The translations under genes were made by a program, and so were the position numbers. A DNA stretch of 64,000 bases from an uncultured delta proteobacterium. Lineage in GTDB: Bacteria; Desulfobacterota; Syntrophia; Syntrophales; UBA2192. The notes under the pieces were generated by a model. It made no database searches. It was not told the origin of the DNA and saw only the letters and a program-made list of their open reading frames with translations. Of the stretch, positions 1-10,969 are shown in pieces (within the stretch, counting starts at the first letter, position 1; each line of letters begins with the position of its first letter). The stretch is taken from positions 147,119-211,118 of the forward strand of contig CAVPJD010000024.1 of the NCBI GenBank assembly GCA_963705165.1. Direction: 5' to 3'.

Positions 1-684
1 TGGCTCTACCCCCTGGTGATCGCCCCGTTGTTCAACAAGTACGTACCCGTCAAAGACGACGTGCTGCGGGAGCGCATCATGGTCATGGCCGAAAAAGCGG
101 GGCTTCGGGCCGAGGGGATCTTCGAGGTCGACGCAGGCAAGCGCAGCCGTCACTCCAACGCCTACTTCACGGGGCTTGGCAAATCGAAGCGGATCGTGCT
201 CTTCGACACGCTGCTCGCCGCCCACAGCCACGACGAGATCGTGGCCGTGCTGGCCCACGAGATCGGCCACTGGAAGCTTCGCCACATCCTGAAACAGCTC
301 ATCCTCATGGAGGTTGTCGCCCTCGCGGGTTTCTTCCTGGTCTTCCGCCTCATGGGCTGGCCTTTTCTCTATGAGACCTTCGGGTTTGCGGGGCCCCTGC
401 CCTACGCAGGGCTTCTGCTTGCGGCCATCGTGCTGAAACCGGCGGCCTTCTTCCTCACGCCCATCGGTGCCGTCGTCTCGCGAACGTACGAGAGGGATGC
501 AGACCGTTACGTGCTGGGGCTTATCGGCTCGACCCGCTTCCTTGCACAGGCCCTGAAACGCCTGGCGAAGGAGAATCTGGCCAACCTCCACCCCCACCCG
601 GCCTACGTTGCCTTCTACTATTCCCACCCGCCGCTTGCCGAGCGGGTGGAGCGCCTGCTGAACATGGACAAGCAGGCCCCTTGA
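1..684 (+). CDS. M48 (Ste24/HtpX-type) membrane zinc metallopeptidase, 5' end outside the window
   Basis: HEIGH zinc motif; NAYFTGLG.KRIVLFDTL and YSHPPL..R motifs typical of Ste24-like peptidases. Confidence 0.92.
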   Translation, partial: WLYPLVIAPLFNKYVPVKDDVLRERIMVMAEKAGLRAEGIFEVDAGKRSRHSNAYFTGLGKSKRIVLFDTLLAAHSHDEIVAVLAHEIGHWKLRHILKQLILMEVVALAGFFLVFRLMGWPFLYETFGFAGPLPYAGLLLAAIVLKPAAFFLTPIGAVVSRTYERDADRYVLGLIGSTRFLAQALKRLAKENLANLHPHPAYVAFYYSHPPLAERVERLLNMDKQAP

Positions 685-739
685 TTTTGACCCGTGAATC
701 GATACAATGAGGCAAAACAGGCTGCAAAGGTAGGAACGC

Positions 740-1231
740 ATGCCCATCTACGAGTTCTACTGCCGGAAGTGCAACACCCTCTACAATTTCTTCTCCCGGA
801 GCGTCAACACGGAGAAGATCCCCTCCTGCCCACGCTGTAAAAAGGTGAAGCTCCAGCGCCGGATGTCCGTGTTCGCCAAAATCTCGCAGAGAAACGAGGG
901 CGCCGCGCCCGAGGAGATGCCCGGCTTCGACGAGTCGAAGATGGAAAAAGCCATGGAGATGCTCGCCAGAGAGGCCGGGGGGATCGACGAAAACGACCCC
1001 CGCCAGGCGGCCCGGCTGATGCGGAAGCTCACCGATGTTACGGGGCTTTCCCTCGGAGAGAAAATGGAGGAGGCCCTCGCGAGGATGGAAAAAGGGGAGG
1101 ACCCGGAAAAGATCGAAGGGGAGATGGGCGACAGCATCAGCGAGGATGAGCTGTTCGTGATGGCGAAAAAGGCCGCCAAAGGGAAAAAAGGCGCCGCGCC
1201 TCGGGTCGACGACAAACTCTATGATCTGTGA
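740..1231 (+). CDS. FmdB-family zinc-ribbon protein
   Basis: N-terminal MPIYEFYC..C...C P.C signature followed by an acidic helical region. Confidence 0.85.
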   Translation: MPIYEFYCRKCNTLYNFFSRSVNTEKIPSCPRCKKVKLQRRMSVFAKISQRNEGAAPEEMPGFDESKMEKAMEMLAREAGGIDENDPRQAARLMRKLTDVTGLSLGEKMEEALARMEKGEDPEKIEGEMGDSISEDELFVMAKKAAKGKKGAAPRVDDKLYDL

Positions 1232-1237
1232 AAAAGC

Positions 1238-1263
1238 AGGTGTAAGGCATAAGGCGTAAGGCC
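1238..1263. repeat. 7-nt period (nnAAGGC) tandem array, one arm only
   Basis: aggtgtaaggcataaggcgtaaggc; same unit at 10867, 15946 and 37359. Confidence 0.7.
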
Positions 1264-1264
1264 G

Positions 1265-1834
1265 ATGGAAGCCCCCCGAGCCCTCAGCGTCTACCCTGCG
1301 GAGTACGAGGAGTGGGTGACTCTCCGTAACGGGGAGCGTGTCTTCCTGCGCCCCGTCAAGCCGACGGACGGCCCGAAGATCATCGACCTGTTCAGCAGAC
1401 TCTCCCCCAAGACGATCTACTTCCGGTTTCTCACGCACATGGACAGGCTGCGCCCCGAGATGCTCAAGCACCTCGTCGAGATCGACTACGTCAGGCACTT
1501 CGGCCTCGTCGCCGTCATCTGGGAGATGGAAGCCGAGGTGGAAACGATCGTCGGGGTGTGCCGCTACATCGCCACGGAGCGGATGGACCATGCCGAGCTG
1601 ACCATCGTGCTGCGAGACGACTGGCAGGGCCTCGGGCTCGGCAAAATGATGGTCACCCGCGTCGTCAACATCGCCAGGGAAAAAAGCATAGAGAGGATCG
1701 AGATTCTCTTCGACTCCCGCAACGACGGCATGCAGCGGCTCTTCCGCTCCCTGGGCTACCCCGTCCTGCACGAGACCTCCATCCTCGACATCGCAGACCG
1801 GATGGAGATCGTCCTCGGGTCGGTCAACCTATAA
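1265..1834 (+). CDS. GNAT family N-acetyltransferase
   Basis: LRPV.P.D, YFRF, and acetyl-CoA motif DDWQGLGLG. Confidence 0.88.
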   Translation: MEAPRALSVYPAEYEEWVTLRNGERVFLRPVKPTDGPKIIDLFSRLSPKTIYFRFLTHMDRLRPEMLKHLVEIDYVRHFGLVAVIWEMEAEVETIVGVCRYIATERMDHAELTIVLRDDWQGLGLGKMMVTRVVNIAREKSIERIEILFDSRNDGMQRLFRSLGYPVLHETSILDIADRMEIVLGSVNL

Positions 1835-1843
1835 ATACCCATT

Positions 1844-1892
1844 CCTTGATCTTCCTCTCCCTTGAGGGGAGAGGATTGAGGTGAGGGTGAAT
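1844..1892. repeat. BoxC/REP-like palindromic element, short form
   Basis: cttcctctccc-ttga-ggggagagg-attgaggtgagggtgaa; related copies at 40612, 44833, 13776 and 60416. Confidence 0.85.
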
Positions 1893-2007
1893 AATCCCCT
1901 TCCGATCATTCCAGAATCCCGGCCCCTGCCATGAAAAGAAAGAATTGAATCCCCATTGCCGATCAGCTACTCTTGAGCCCGTAGCGTGATGCGCTGTGGT
2001 GAGGATT

Positions 2008-2709
2008 ATGGATTCAACCCGATCGCCCCTCGGTCACAACCCTTTCAAGAGCCTGAAATCCCGCTTCAAGGAAAAGCCCCCGGAAAAGCGGGGGGAGCCC
2101 GCAGAGCCGGTCGTTCAGCCCGCTGCCCATGACCCGAAGGCAGACAGGCAGTTCTTCCTCCAGGCCATGGAGGGCACCCGCCCTCTGACAGGTTCGAACC
2201 GGGAAGAGGGAAAGGGGAAACCTGCCCCGGCCGGCCCGGCGCCGAAGAGCGGTGGTGAGGAAGCGCTGGAAGCGATGAAGGCACTCATTGCCTCCGGCCG
2301 GGGATTCGTCGTCGCCGACACCCCCGAGTACATCGAGGGGACGGGATACCAGGTGAGCCCGAAGATGGCCGAGCGGCTTCACCGGGGCGAGTTCTCCATC
2401 CAGGCCCACATCGACCTTCACGGCCTCGGCGCCGAGGAGGCCCGCATCGCCTTCGAGGATTTCCTGCGGGAATCGGTCATCCGCAATCGGCGCTCACTGC
2501 TGGTCATCCACGGCCGGGGCCTCTCCTCGCAGGGAGAGCCCGTCCTTAAGGCCAGGCTGACCGAGTGGCTCACCCGCGGGCCCTGGCGGAAGTGGGTCAT
2601 CGCCTACTCGAGCGCCAGACTCTGTGACGGCGGCGCCGGGGCGACCTGCATCCTCCTGCGGACCAGGCCCGTCACGAAGCGCCACAAGAAAGGCCCATCC
2701 AGGGAGTAG
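2008..2709 (+). CDS. Smr/MutS2-domain protein
   Basis: IDLHG, VIHGRG and DGGAGA Smr motifs. Confidence 0.9.
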   Translation: MDSTRSPLGHNPFKSLKSRFKEKPPEKRGEPAEPVVQPAAHDPKADRQFFLQAMEGTRPLTGSNREEGKGKPAPAGPAPKSGGEEALEAMKALIASGRGFVVADTPEYIEGTGYQVSPKMAERLHRGEFSIQAHIDLHGLGAEEARIAFEDFLRESVIRNRRSLLVIHGRGLSSQGEPVLKARLTEWLTRGPWRKWVIAYSSARLCDGGAGATCILLRTRPVTKRHKKGPSRE

Positions 2710-2711
2710 AC

Positions 2712-3119
2712 ATGAGAAAATTTGCACGAACCCTGACTCTCGCCTTCAGCGCCGGGGCGCTGGGCGGACTCGCCAACGGCCTCTGCGTCTGGCTTGCCGT
2801 GAAGTACGGCCTCACGGCGGCCCTCGGGGTAAGCCTCGCCGCCCCCCTGACCCCTGCGTGGCTCTACCCGCGGATTGTCTGGGGCGGGATCTGGGGGCTT
2901 CTGTTCATCGTCCCCCTCTGGGAGAGAAACCCCTTTCTCCGGGGGCTCTTCTTCAGCATCGGCCCGACCCTGGTCATGCTCTTCGTGATCTTCCCCCTGA
3001 GGCTGGGCAAGGGGATGATGGGCCTCGACCTGGGGACATGGACCCCCGCCTTCGTCATCCTCTTCAACGCCGTCTGGGGCTGGACGGCGGCGCTGTGGAT
3101 GAGGTGGGTGAACCGCTGA
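2712..3119 (+). CDS. hypothetical membrane protein (about 4 TM)
   Basis: Hydrophobic ORF starting 2 nt after the Smr stop; YPRIVWGGIWG motif. Confidence 0.75.
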   Translation: MRKFARTLTLAFSAGALGGLANGLCVWLAVKYGLTAALGVSLAAPLTPAWLYPRIVWGGIWGLLFIVPLWERNPFLRGLFFSIGPTLVMLFVIFPLRLGKGMMGLDLGTWTPAFVILFNAVWGWTAALWMRWVNR

Positions 3120-3126
3120 CGCGGCG

Positions 3127-3165
3127 GTCTATCCAGCCTGTTCCGTCTGTTCCGTCTATTCAGTC
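3127..3165. repeat. 9-nt period array (GTCT(A/G)TnCn)
   Basis: gtctatcca gcctgttcc gtctgttcc gtctattca gtc; reverse-complement family member at 63278-63316. Confidence 0.7.
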
Positions 3166-3186
3166 CAAGAATCCGAGGAGACACGT

Positions 3187-4137
3187 TTGCATCACTTTCC
3201 CGTCGCAGATATCCTCCATGGCTGGGGACTGAAATTTAAAAGCGAACATCCGGAAGTGCCGCTGGCCGGCAGCCCCGAGCGGTCGCTATTCCGGACCGTC
3301 GTCGAAGATCACGCAGGTCGTCGCTTTGTCCTCGAGCAGCTTCAGCCCACCATCCTCGGGCGAAAACGCGAGATCGCATCCACCATCGAGTTTCTTGCCG
3401 AAAAGGGACTCGCTGCCGTTCATCCCTATCTCAGGAACCGGGACGGGGATTTCATCACCAAGGCTGCAGGCAGTTTCTGGCAGGTCTCCCCTTTCATAGA
3501 CGGCGTGGAGCTCAAGCGCCCCGAATACACCCTCGAGGCCTGGCGGGGAAGGGCGCTGGCCCGGTTCCTCATCGACATGAAGGAAAAATCGGAGGGCATC
3601 CCCTTCGGCAAGCCGGGGCGCCCCTTTTCGATTGCGGAGTTCACCCGCGATCTGATGGCAAGAATGAAGCGCCACAACCCCGAACGGGCCGCTGCTGCGC
3701 AGAAGCCTTACCACCATGTGGAGAAGCATTTATTCCCCGCCCATGACCGTCTTCCCGTCGCCTTTTGCCACGGTGATGCCCACCCCGTCAATGTCATCTG
3801 GGGTGACAGCGAAATCAGCGGCGTCATCGACTGGGAGTTCTCGGGGTACAAGCCGGAGATCTACGACACGGCCCTTGTCGTGGGCTGCATTGGAATGGAG
3901 GATCCCGCAAGCCTTGCGGGACCGATGGTGCTGGGGTTTCTCGATGAATTGAAGACAGCAGAATGTTTCGACTCCTCGGGTTTTGCCGTGCTTCCCGAGT
4001 TTGTGATTGCCCTGCGCTTTGCCTGGCTGTCGGAGTGGCTGAGAAAGAAAGACGAGGAGATGGTGGAGATGGAGACGGACTACCTCCACCTTCTTCTCGA
4101 TGGCCGGGAGAAGCTCCGGCGCTTCTGGGCCCTTTGA
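3187..4137 (+). CDS. APH / type II homoserine kinase-like phosphotransferase
   Basis: CHGDAHPVN and VIDWE motifs; gaggag RBS before the TTG start. Confidence 0.85.
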   Translation: MHHFPVADILHGWGLKFKSEHPEVPLAGSPERSLFRTVVEDHAGRRFVLEQLQPTILGRKREIASTIEFLAEKGLAAVHPYLRNRDGDFITKAAGSFWQVSPFIDGVELKRPEYTLEAWRGRALARFLIDMKEKSEGIPFGKPGRPFSIAEFTRDLMARMKRHNPERAAAAQKPYHHVEKHLFPAHDRLPVAFCHGDAHPVNVIWGDSEISGVIDWEFSGYKPEIYDTALVVGCIGMEDPASLAGPMVLGFLDELKTAECFDSSGFAVLPEFVIALRFAWLSEWLRKKDEEMVEMETDYLHLLLDGREKLRRFWAL

Positions 4138-4263
4138 CAGGTGACAGGCCTTAAATATATGCGGGTGCGGTATCTGTCACAGGGGGGGCCTTCCCGCGAA
4201 GGGCGTCAAGTTCTTGCGCTCGGAACGCGGGCTCGTCCCGGGCGCTGGCCGGTCAGGAGGTCT

Positions 4264-4878
4264 TCAAAGCGCGAGCAGGTCCTCCGGCTTCTCAATGAAC
4301 GCATCGGGCTGCGCCCGCTCCAGCCGCTCCCTCGGGTGCCAGCCCCAGGTGACGGCCACGGCCTTCACTCCCGCCTCCCTCGCCTCCCGGATATCCCCCG
4401 CCGTGTCGCAAACATAAAAAGTGTGCCCGCCGTTTGTCCCGTAATGCCCCATGGCGTAAAGGATCTTCTCGATCTTGCTGAAGTTGAAATCGGCCCCCAG
4501 GACGTCGTCGAAGTAGGACTCGAAGCCGAACTTCGCGAGCATGAGCCGGATCGCGAAGGAGGAGTTCGAGGAGATGATGATCAGCCCATGGCGCTTCTTC
4601 AACTCCGCCAGCACGGGGATGAGTTCCGTGACAGGCCTGACGACGCCGTAGTCCAGCGCAGGGGTCACGGCCTTCGAGGCGGCCATGAACTCGCCCACGT
4701 CGACGCCGCGCTTCGCAATGGCGCTGAAGAAGTTCTCTTCGAAGAGGTCGAGGAACTCCTCGCGGCCCGCGATCAGTGGCTTCCCGATCCGTTCGAGGCA
4801 GATATTGACCGATTTTTCATAGAGCGCGAGGGAGTCGACGAGAACGCCGTCGAAGTCAAAGAGGAAGAGTTTTTTCAC
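4264..4878 (-). CDS. HAD family hydrolase (phosphoglycolate phosphatase-like)
   Basis: LFDFDGVLVDS motif I; start placed at GTG 4878. Confidence 0.88.
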   Translation of the reverse strand: MKKLFLFDFDGVLVDSLALYEKSVNICLERIGKPLIAGREEFLDLFEENFFSAIAKRGVDVGEFMAASKAVTPALDYGVVRPVTELIPVLAELKKRHGLIIISSNSSFAIRLMLAKFGFESYFDDVLGADFNFSKIEKILYAMGHYGTNGGHTFYVCDTAGDIREAREAGVKAVAVTWGWHPRERLERAQPDAFIEKPEDLLAL

Positions 4879-4936
4879 TGACGTTTCAGTTCCTTGCGTT
4901 GTCCTTTTCCGCTTCAAACCTTTTATCGCTGCACCG

Positions 4937-5983
4937 CTATCGGGATGGGGGTTTGAACAACCGTCGGATCGAGAGCCCGAAGGGCCGCTTTGCCACACCG
5001 GCCTCGGTGATGATGGCCGTGATGTAACGGTGCGGGGTCATATCGAAGGCGGGGTTGTAGACCTTAACCTTCTCCGGAGCCGTCCGGACGCCCTGGAGCT
5101 GTGTGACCTCGTCCTCGTGGCGCTCCTCGATGAGGATGCCGCTGCCGTCCGCAATCGATCGGTCGATGGTGGAAAGGGGGGCCGCCACGTAAAATGGGAT
5201 GCCGTGCTCCCTGGCCAGGATGGCGAGCGAGTAGGTCCCGATCTTGTTGGCCGTGTCCCCGTTGGCGGCGATCCGGTCGGCCCCGACGATGACGAGGTTG
5301 ACCTTGCCCTGGGCCATGACGAAGCCGGCCATGTTGTCCGTGATCAGGGTCGCCGGAATCCGGTCTTCCAGGAGCTCCCAGCAGGTGAGCCTCGCCCCCT
5401 GGAGCACGGGCCGCGTCTCGTCGACGAAGACGTGGAGGTTTTTCCCGTCCTCGCGGGCCGCCCGGACGACACCGAGAGCCGTCCCGTAACCCGCCGTGGC
5501 CAGAGCGCCTGCGTTGCAGTGGGTGAGGATGTTGTCGCCGTTGCGGATGAAGGCCTTGCCGTTGAGGCCGATCCGGCGGTTGATCTCGATGTCCTGCTCG
5601 CCGATCGCGATGGCCTCTTCGACGAGGGCCTTTTTTACCGCGGCGACCCCCGAGGGGAGGGCCTCGGCAAATCGGCGGTGCATCCGCTCGATGGCCCAGA
5701 ACAGGTTGCGCGCCGTCGGGCGCGCCGTCGCGAAGGCCCCGCAGAGACCCTCGAAGGACTTGCGGAACCCCGTTGTGGAGGTGTCGGGAAGCTGGAGCGT
5801 GCCCAGGGCGATGCCCATGGCCGCGGCAACGCCGATGGCGGGGGCTCCGCGGATGGTGAGATCCTTGATGGCCGCAACGACGTCGCGCCAGTCCGTCAGG
5901 GTCAGGTAGCGGACCTTTCCCGGAAGGGCCTTCTGGTCGATGAGGACGACGGCGTCGTCGGCCCAGAGAATGGTTCGGATCAT
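4937..5983 (-). CDS. mtnA: S-methyl-5-thioribose-1-phosphate isomerase
   Basis: [30 protein letters not shown] and ANKIGTY motifs. Confidence 0.96.
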   Translation of the reverse strand: MIRTILWADDAVVLIDQKALPGKVRYLTLTDWRDVVAAIKDLTIRGAPAIGVAAAMGIALGTLQLPDTSTTGFRKSFEGLCGAFATARPTARNLFWAIERMHRRFAEALPSGVAAVKKALVEEAIAIGEQDIEINRRIGLNGKAFIRNGDNILTHCNAGALATAGYGTALGVVRAAREDGKNLHVFVDETRPVLQGARLTCWELLEDRIPATLITDNMAGFVMAQGKVNLVIVGADRIAANGDTANKIGTYSLAILAREHGIPFYVAAPLSTIDRSIADGSGILIEERHEDEVTQLQGVRTAPEKVKVYNPAFDMTPHRYITAIITEAGVAKRPFGLSIRRLFKPPSR

Positions 5984-7413
5984 GACCCCGAAAGCATCTT
6001 TTTGAGCAGGTCGTTGACGATCTGCGGGTTGGCCTTGCCCTTGGTGAGCTTCATCACCTGGCCCACGAAGAAGGCAAAGAGCTTATCCTTGCCAGCCCGG
6101 TACTCGGCGAGCTGCGTCGGGTTTTTCGCCATGGCCTCCTCGATGGCCTTCACGACGGCCCCCTCGTCGGTGATCTGGGTGAGGCCCTTCTCCTTGACGA
6201 TGTCGGCAGGCTTCTTCGACGATTTGTACATCTCCTCGAAGACTTCCTTGGCGATCTTGCCGCTGATGGTCCCGTCCTCGATGAGGTTGATCATCTGCGC
6301 CACGTGGTCGGGGGAGACGGGGCTTGACAGGATTTCGCGCTTCTGCTCGTTCAAGTAGCGCAGCAGATCGCCCATGACCCAGTTGCTGGCGATCTTGGGC
6401 TTGCCGCACATCTTCACGGTCTCTTCATAGAAGTCGGCCAGGGCACGGGTGGCGGTGAGCACGCTTGCGTCATAGACGGGGATGCCGTACTGCGCGACGA
6501 AGCGGTCCTGCTTCGGAAGCGGAAGCTCGGGAAGCGCCCTGCGTACGTCCTCGATCCACTCGTTCGAGATCACGATGGGGACGAGGTCCGGGTCGGGGAA
6601 GTAGCGGTAGTCGTGGGCCTCCTCCTTGCTGCGCATGGAGTGGCTCTGCCCCTGGGCGTCGTCCCAGAGGCGGGTCTCCTGGACGACCCTGCCGCCGCTC
6701 TCGAGGATGTACTGCTGGCGCTTGATCTCGTACTCGAGGGCCCGCTGGACGTTGCGGAAGGAGTTCATGTTCTTGAGCTCCGCGCGGGTCCCGAAGGCCG
6801 TCTCGCCTTTCGGGCGGATGGAGACGTTGGCGTCGCAGCGGAAAGATCCCTCCTCCATGTTGCCGTCGCAGATCTCGAGGTAGACGAGGATGTCCCGGAG
6901 CCTGCGCAGGTACTCACCGGCCTCCTCGGGGCTCCGCATGTCGGGCTCGCTCACGATCTCGATCAGCGGCACGCCCGTGCGGTTGAAATCCACGTAGCTC
7001 CAGGGGTTGCGCTCGTCGTGGACGAGCTTGCCGGCGTCTTCCTCCATGTGGATCCGTGTGATGCCGATCCGCTTCTTTTCCCCGTCGAGCAGGATGTCGA
7101 TGTGGCCGTGCTCGGCCAGCGGGTGGGCGTACTGGGAGATCTGGTAGCCCTTGGGCAGATCCGGGTAGAAGTAGTTCTTCCGGGCGAAGTTCTCGTAGGC
7201 GTTGATGCTGCAGCCGGTGGCGAGCGCCATCCGGATGGTGAACTCCACGACCTTTTTGTTCAGCACGGGCAGCACGCCGGGCATGCCCAGGCAGATCTGG
7301 CAGGTGTGCTCGTTGGGGCCGGCCCCGAATTTGGTGGAGCAGCCGCAGAATATCTTGGAGTCGGTCAGAAGCTGGGCGTGAACCTCCAGCCCGATGACGG
7401 TTTCGTAAGCCAT
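5980..7413 (-). CDS. gatB: Asp/Glu-tRNA amidotransferase subunit B
   Basis: [37 protein letters not shown]. Confidence 0.98.
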   Translation of the reverse strand: MAYETVIGLEVHAQLLTDSKIFCGCSTKFGAGPNEHTCQICLGMPGVLPVLNKKVVEFTIRMALATGCSINAYENFARKNYFYPDLPKGYQISQYAHPLAEHGHIDILLDGEKKRIGITRIHMEEDAGKLVHDERNPWSYVDFNRTGVPLIEIVSEPDMRSPEEAGEYLRRLRDILVYLEICDGNMEEGSFRCDANVSIRPKGETAFGTRAELKNMNSFRNVQRALEYEIKRQQYILESGGRVVQETRLWDDAQGQSHSMRSKEEAHDYRYFPDPDLVPIVISNEWIEDVRRALPELPLPKQDRFVAQYGIPVYDASVLTATRALADFYEETVKMCGKPKIASNWVMGDLLRYLNEQKREILSSPVSPDHVAQMINLIEDGTISGKIAKEVFEEMYKSSKKPADIVKEKGLTQITDEGAVVKAIEEAMAKNPTQLAEYRAGKDKLFAFFVGQVMKLTKGKANPQIVNDLLKKMLSGS

Positions 7414-8870
7414 TAGAGTTTCGGCCTCCTTCGTTCGATTCCGGAATGTCGCTCGTAGGCGTGGGCGACCTGGAGGAGCTTGCCCTCGTGGAAGTGGCCC
7501 GCCTGGAACTGGACCCCGATGGGCAGTCCCGCCTGCGTGTATCCGCAGGGAACCGAGATGCCGGGGATGCCCGCGAGGTTCGTCGAGATGGTGAAGATGT
7601 CCGAGAGATACATCTGGAGCGGGTCGTCCATCTTCTCGCCGATCTTGAAGGCGGGTGTGGGGGTCGTGGGCGTCAGGATCACGTCACAGCTCTTGAAGGC
7701 CTCCTGGAAGTCGCGCTTGATCAGGGTGCGCACCTGGGAGGCTTTCTTGTAGTAGGCATCGTAGTAGCCCGATGACAGGGCGTAGGTCCCGATCATGATG
7801 CGGCGCTTCACCTCGGCGCCGAAGCCCTGCGAGCGGGTCTTCTTGTACATCTCCATGAGGTCGCGCCCGTCGGCGGAGCGGTAGCCGTACTTCACGCCGT
7901 CGTAGCGGGCAAGGTTGGAGCTCGCCTCGGCCGGCGCGATGATGTAGTAGACCGCAAGGCAGTACTGCGTGTGGGGAAGCGAGATGGGAATGGTTTTCGC
8001 GCCGAGGCCCTCGATTACCTGGATCGTCTTTTTCACGGCGGCGTCGACCTCGGCGTCGATGCCCTCGATGAAATACTCCTTCGGGATCCCCACGGTGAAG
8101 CCTTTGATGTCCTTGCCGATGAAGGCCCGGTAGTCGGGGACCTCCATGGGCACCGACGTGGACTCCATGGGGTCGTATCCGGCAATGGCGTTGAGCATGA
8201 TGGCCGCATCCTCCACGTCCTTCGTGAAGGGGCCGATCTGGTCGAGCGACGAGGCGAAGGCAATGAGCCCGTAGCGCGAGACGCGCCCGTAGGTGGGCTT
8301 GAGACCGACGACCCCGCACAGAGCCGCCGGCTGGCGGATGGAGCCGCCCGTGTCGGAGCCCGTCGCGGCGATGCACTCGTCGGCGGCCAGGGCCGCGGCG
8401 GAGCCGCCGCTCGAGCCCCCGGGGATGCGCTCCAGGTCCCAGGGGTTGCGGGTGACGCCGAAATAAGACGTCTCCGTGGAGGAACCCATGGCGAATTCGT
8501 CCATGTTCGTCTTGCCGACGAAAACGGCGCCCTCGTCGCGCAGCTTCTTCACCACCGTGCCGTCGTAGGGCGGCACGAAGTTGTGGAGGATCCGCGAGCC
8601 GCAGGTCGTACGGACCCCCTTCGTGCACTGGATGTCCTTGAGTGCGACGGGGATGCCGGTGAGCGGCTTGAGGTTCCCCTTGCGGATCTCTTCGTCGGCC
8701 TTCTTCGCCTCCGCGAAGGCATATTCCTTCATGACTGTCGTGAAGGAGCACACCCGCTCCTCGACGGCGTCGATGCGCTTGAAGACATCCGTCACGATCT
8801 CCGTGGACGTGACTTCCTTCTTTTTAATTAAATCCTGTAAAACGTGTATCGTCAGTTCATTCAGTCCCAT
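7413..8870 (-). CDS. gatA: Asp/Glu-tRNA amidotransferase subunit A
   Basis: Amidase signature PGGSSGGS and [21 protein letters not shown]. Confidence 0.98.
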   Translation of the reverse strand: MGLNELTIHVLQDLIKKKEVTSTEIVTDVFKRIDAVEERVCSFTTVMKEYAFAEAKKADEEIRKGNLKPLTGIPVALKDIQCTKGVRTTCGSRILHNFVPPYDGTVVKKLRDEGAVFVGKTNMDEFAMGSSTETSYFGVTRNPWDLERIPGGSSGGSAAALAADECIAATGSDTGGSIRQPAALCGVVGLKPTYGRVSRYGLIAFASSLDQIGPFTKDVEDAAIMLNAIAGYDPMESTSVPMEVPDYRAFIGKDIKGFTVGIPKEYFIEGIDAEVDAAVKKTIQVIEGLGAKTIPISLPHTQYCLAVYYIIAPAEASSNLARYDGVKYGYRSADGRDLMEMYKKTRSQGFGAEVKRRIMIGTYALSSGYYDAYYKKASQVRTLIKRDFQEAFKSCDVILTPTTPTPAFKIGEKMDDPLQMYLSDIFTISTNLAGIPGISVPCGYTQAGLPIGVQFQAGHFHEGKLLQVAHAYERHSGIERRRPKL

Positions 8871-8896
8871 TCTATTCTCCAACTTTATTCTTCTTC

Positions 8897-8930
8897 CCTG
8901 ATACCCTACCCCCTATACCCTGATACCCTT
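8897..8930. repeat. 7-nt period (ACCCnnn) tandem array between gatC and gatA
   Basis: ccctgat accctac ccct ataccctg ataccct; similar array at 9283-9314. Confidence 0.65.
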
Positions 8931-9216
8931 ATTCAATTACTTTCGGTACCCGATAGCTGTTGCCGCTCTCGGCGGGGGCGTTGGCCAACGAGAGTTCGTG
9001 GGGAAGCGACTCCCGGACGACGTCCTCCCGGAAGGCGTTCTGGATGGCGATGGCGTGCGTCTCGGGCTCGACGCCCGTCGTGTTCACCTCGTTGAGTTTT
9101 TCCATATATAGAAGGATGTTGTTCAACTGGGTCGTGAACTTCTCCTTCTCCTGCTCGCCGAATTCCAGACGTGCCAGATGGGCCACGTATTCAACCTGTT
9201 CCTTCGTGATCTTCAA
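8929..9216 (-). CDS. gatC: Asp/Glu-tRNA amidotransferase subunit C
   Basis: V.YVAHLARL...VPKVIE; TTG start with a GGAGG RBS. Confidence 0.95.
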   Translation of the reverse strand: MKITKEQVEYVAHLARLEFGEQEKEKFTTQLNNILLYMEKLNEVNTTGVEPETHAIAIQNAFREDVVRESLPHELSLANAPAESGNSYRVPKVIE

Positions 9217-9282
9217 TCTATAATCCTCCAAGTAACGATACCGCTCCATCGCGAAGCGGTACCCGATTTCCTTGATTCAATT

Positions 9283-9314
9283 ACCCTTTACCCTGGACCC
9301 TGAACCCTTGGACC
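9283..9314. repeat. 7-nt period (ACCCnnn) tandem array downstream of the HDAC gene
   Basis: acccttt accctgg accctga acccttgg accc. Confidence 0.65.
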
Positions 9315-9329
9315 CGCCGCGAAGCGGCT

Positions 9330-10388
9330 TCATCGGAAGCATTTCCAGTACGGCTTGATCTGGCCGATGACCGAGTCGATCGTCCGGTTGACGGACGCAT
9401 CGGCCTCGCTCTCGTGACGCCTGAGATCCGCCTCCGTGACGCGGGTGGCGCTGCTCATCTCGTCGAGGACTACCTTGATGCCCTCCGTGAGCCCCCCCAG
9501 GTGATAGCCGCCCTCGAGGACGGCGGCGAACTTGCCTCCGCAGCACACATCAGCGATATCCATGAGCACCCGGGCGAGCATCCCGAATCCCGGCGGCGTC
9601 ACCTTCATCCCTCCCAGGGGATCCCGGAAGTAAATGTCGAAACCCGCCGAGAGCAGGACCATCTCGGGCATGTAATCAAACGCAAGGGGCTGAAGCACCC
9701 GCCGGAAGATCCGGAGGTACTCGGCATCGCCGGGGCCGGATCGCAGGGGGACGTTCACCGTGTAACCCAGCCCGTCGCCCCGGCCGATCTCCTGGAGCCC
9801 CCCCGTCCCGGGGTAGTAAGGGTACTGGTGGGTCGAGAAATAGACAACCCGGGGATCCTCGTAGAAGGAATGTTGGGTGCCGTTTCCGTGATGGAGATCC
9901 CAGTCGACGATGAGGACCCGTTTCATCCCGTGCTGCTTGATGGCGTGCATGGCCCCGATGGCGACGTTGTTGAAGATGCAGAAGCCCGCCGCCCGGTCTG
10001 CCTCGGCGTGATGGCCCGGCGGCCGGACAAAGGCAAAGGCGTTGCGCAGCTCGCCCTTCACAATGCCGTCGACGGCGTTCAGGAAACCTCCCACGGCAAG
10101 CTTGGCGACGTCGTAGGATTCGGCAGAGGCCTCCGTGTCAGGATCAAGGTAGGTATGGTCCTTTCCTGCCGATTGGGCGATCATCTTCACGTAGGCGCGC
10201 TTGTGGATCATCTCGAGTTCCTCGTCGAGAGCGAACCGAGGCCTCACCTCCGTGAATTTCCCTGCCATTTCTGGGCTTTCCAGCATCTTGTAGATGGATT
10301 CGAGCCGCTTGGGGGATTCGGGGTGGTAATGGCCCGTCTCGTGACGGAGGTACCGGGAATCCTTTACAATTCCAGTCGCCGAAGCCAT
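9330..10388 (-). CDS. histone deacetylase-family (acetoin utilization/polyamine deacetylase-like) amidohydrolase
   Basis: HPE, RPPGHHA, GFCIFNN, DWDLHHGNGTQ, SAGFD, LEGGY. Confidence 0.95.
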   Translation of the reverse strand: MASATGIVKDSRYLRHETGHYHPESPKRLESIYKMLESPEMAGKFTEVRPRFALDEELEMIHKRAYVKMIAQSAGKDHTYLDPDTEASAESYDVAKLAVGGFLNAVDGIVKGELRNAFAFVRPPGHHAEADRAAGFCIFNNVAIGAMHAIKQHGMKRVLIVDWDLHHGNGTQHSFYEDPRVVYFSTHQYPYYPGTGGLQEIGRGDGLGYTVNVPLRSGPGDAEYLRIFRRVLQPLAFDYMPEMVLLSAGFDIYFRDPLGGMKVTPPGFGMLARVLMDIADVCCGGKFAAVLEGGYHLGGLTEGIKVVLDEMSSATRVTEADLRRHESEADASVNRTIDSVIGQIKPYWKCFR

Positions 10389-10543
10389 AAGGTGCTCCCT
10401 TTGGGGTGAGATCAGACAAAAACCCTTACCATACAATACCTTAAAAATCAAAAGGATTCCCGACCCGGAGCGGCCAAAAGCCTTGACATCGGGTGGGACA
10501 AAAGATATCTAAAATGAATTCCGCTGTTTTCGAGGTGTCAACC

Positions 10544-10867
10544 GTGTTCGGCATCGGTATGCAGGAACTCATCATCATTCTGGTTGTGGCGCTCATCTTC
10601 ATCGGGCCCAAGAAGCTCCCCGACCTGGCCAAGGCACTGGGCAAAGGGGTCGCCCAGTTCAAGGGTGCCATGGATGACGTGAAGGGCACCTTCGACGAAG
10701 GCATCAAGAAGGAAGTAAACCAGGTGAAGGACTCCCTTCTCGAGGACAAGAGCGACAAGGCACAGGCCGGCGAAGGGGACAAAAAAGAGGGCGCGCCGTC
10801 AGACCCGTACCTGGCCGCGGAGGAAAAGGCGGAGGAAAAGAAAGACAAGCCGGCAACCCCGGCGTGA
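10544..10867 (+). CDS. tatA: twin-arginine translocase TatA/TatB family subunit
   Basis: FGIGMQELIIILVVALIFIGPKKLP; lies directly upstream of tatC; could be TatB. Confidence 0.85.
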   Translation: MFGIGMQELIIILVVALIFIGPKKLPDLAKALGKGVAQFKGAMDDVKGTFDEGIKKEVNQVKDSLLEDKSDKAQAGEGDKKEGAPSDPYLAAEEKAEEKKDKPATPA

Positions 10868-10959
10868 GGCTAAAGGCGCATGGCTAAAGGCTAAAGGCAC
10901 ATGGTAAAGGGGATGTCCCGTTTTTTGCCATAAGCCTTTTACCTTTCGCCATTCGCCAT
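10867..10959. repeat. inverted pair of 7-nt period (AGGCnAA / TTnGCCT) arrays
   Basis: aggctaa aggcgca tggctaa aggctaa aggcaca ... gccataa gcctttt acctttc gccattc gccatt. Confidence 0.8.
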
Positions 10960-10969
10960 TTTTTATATT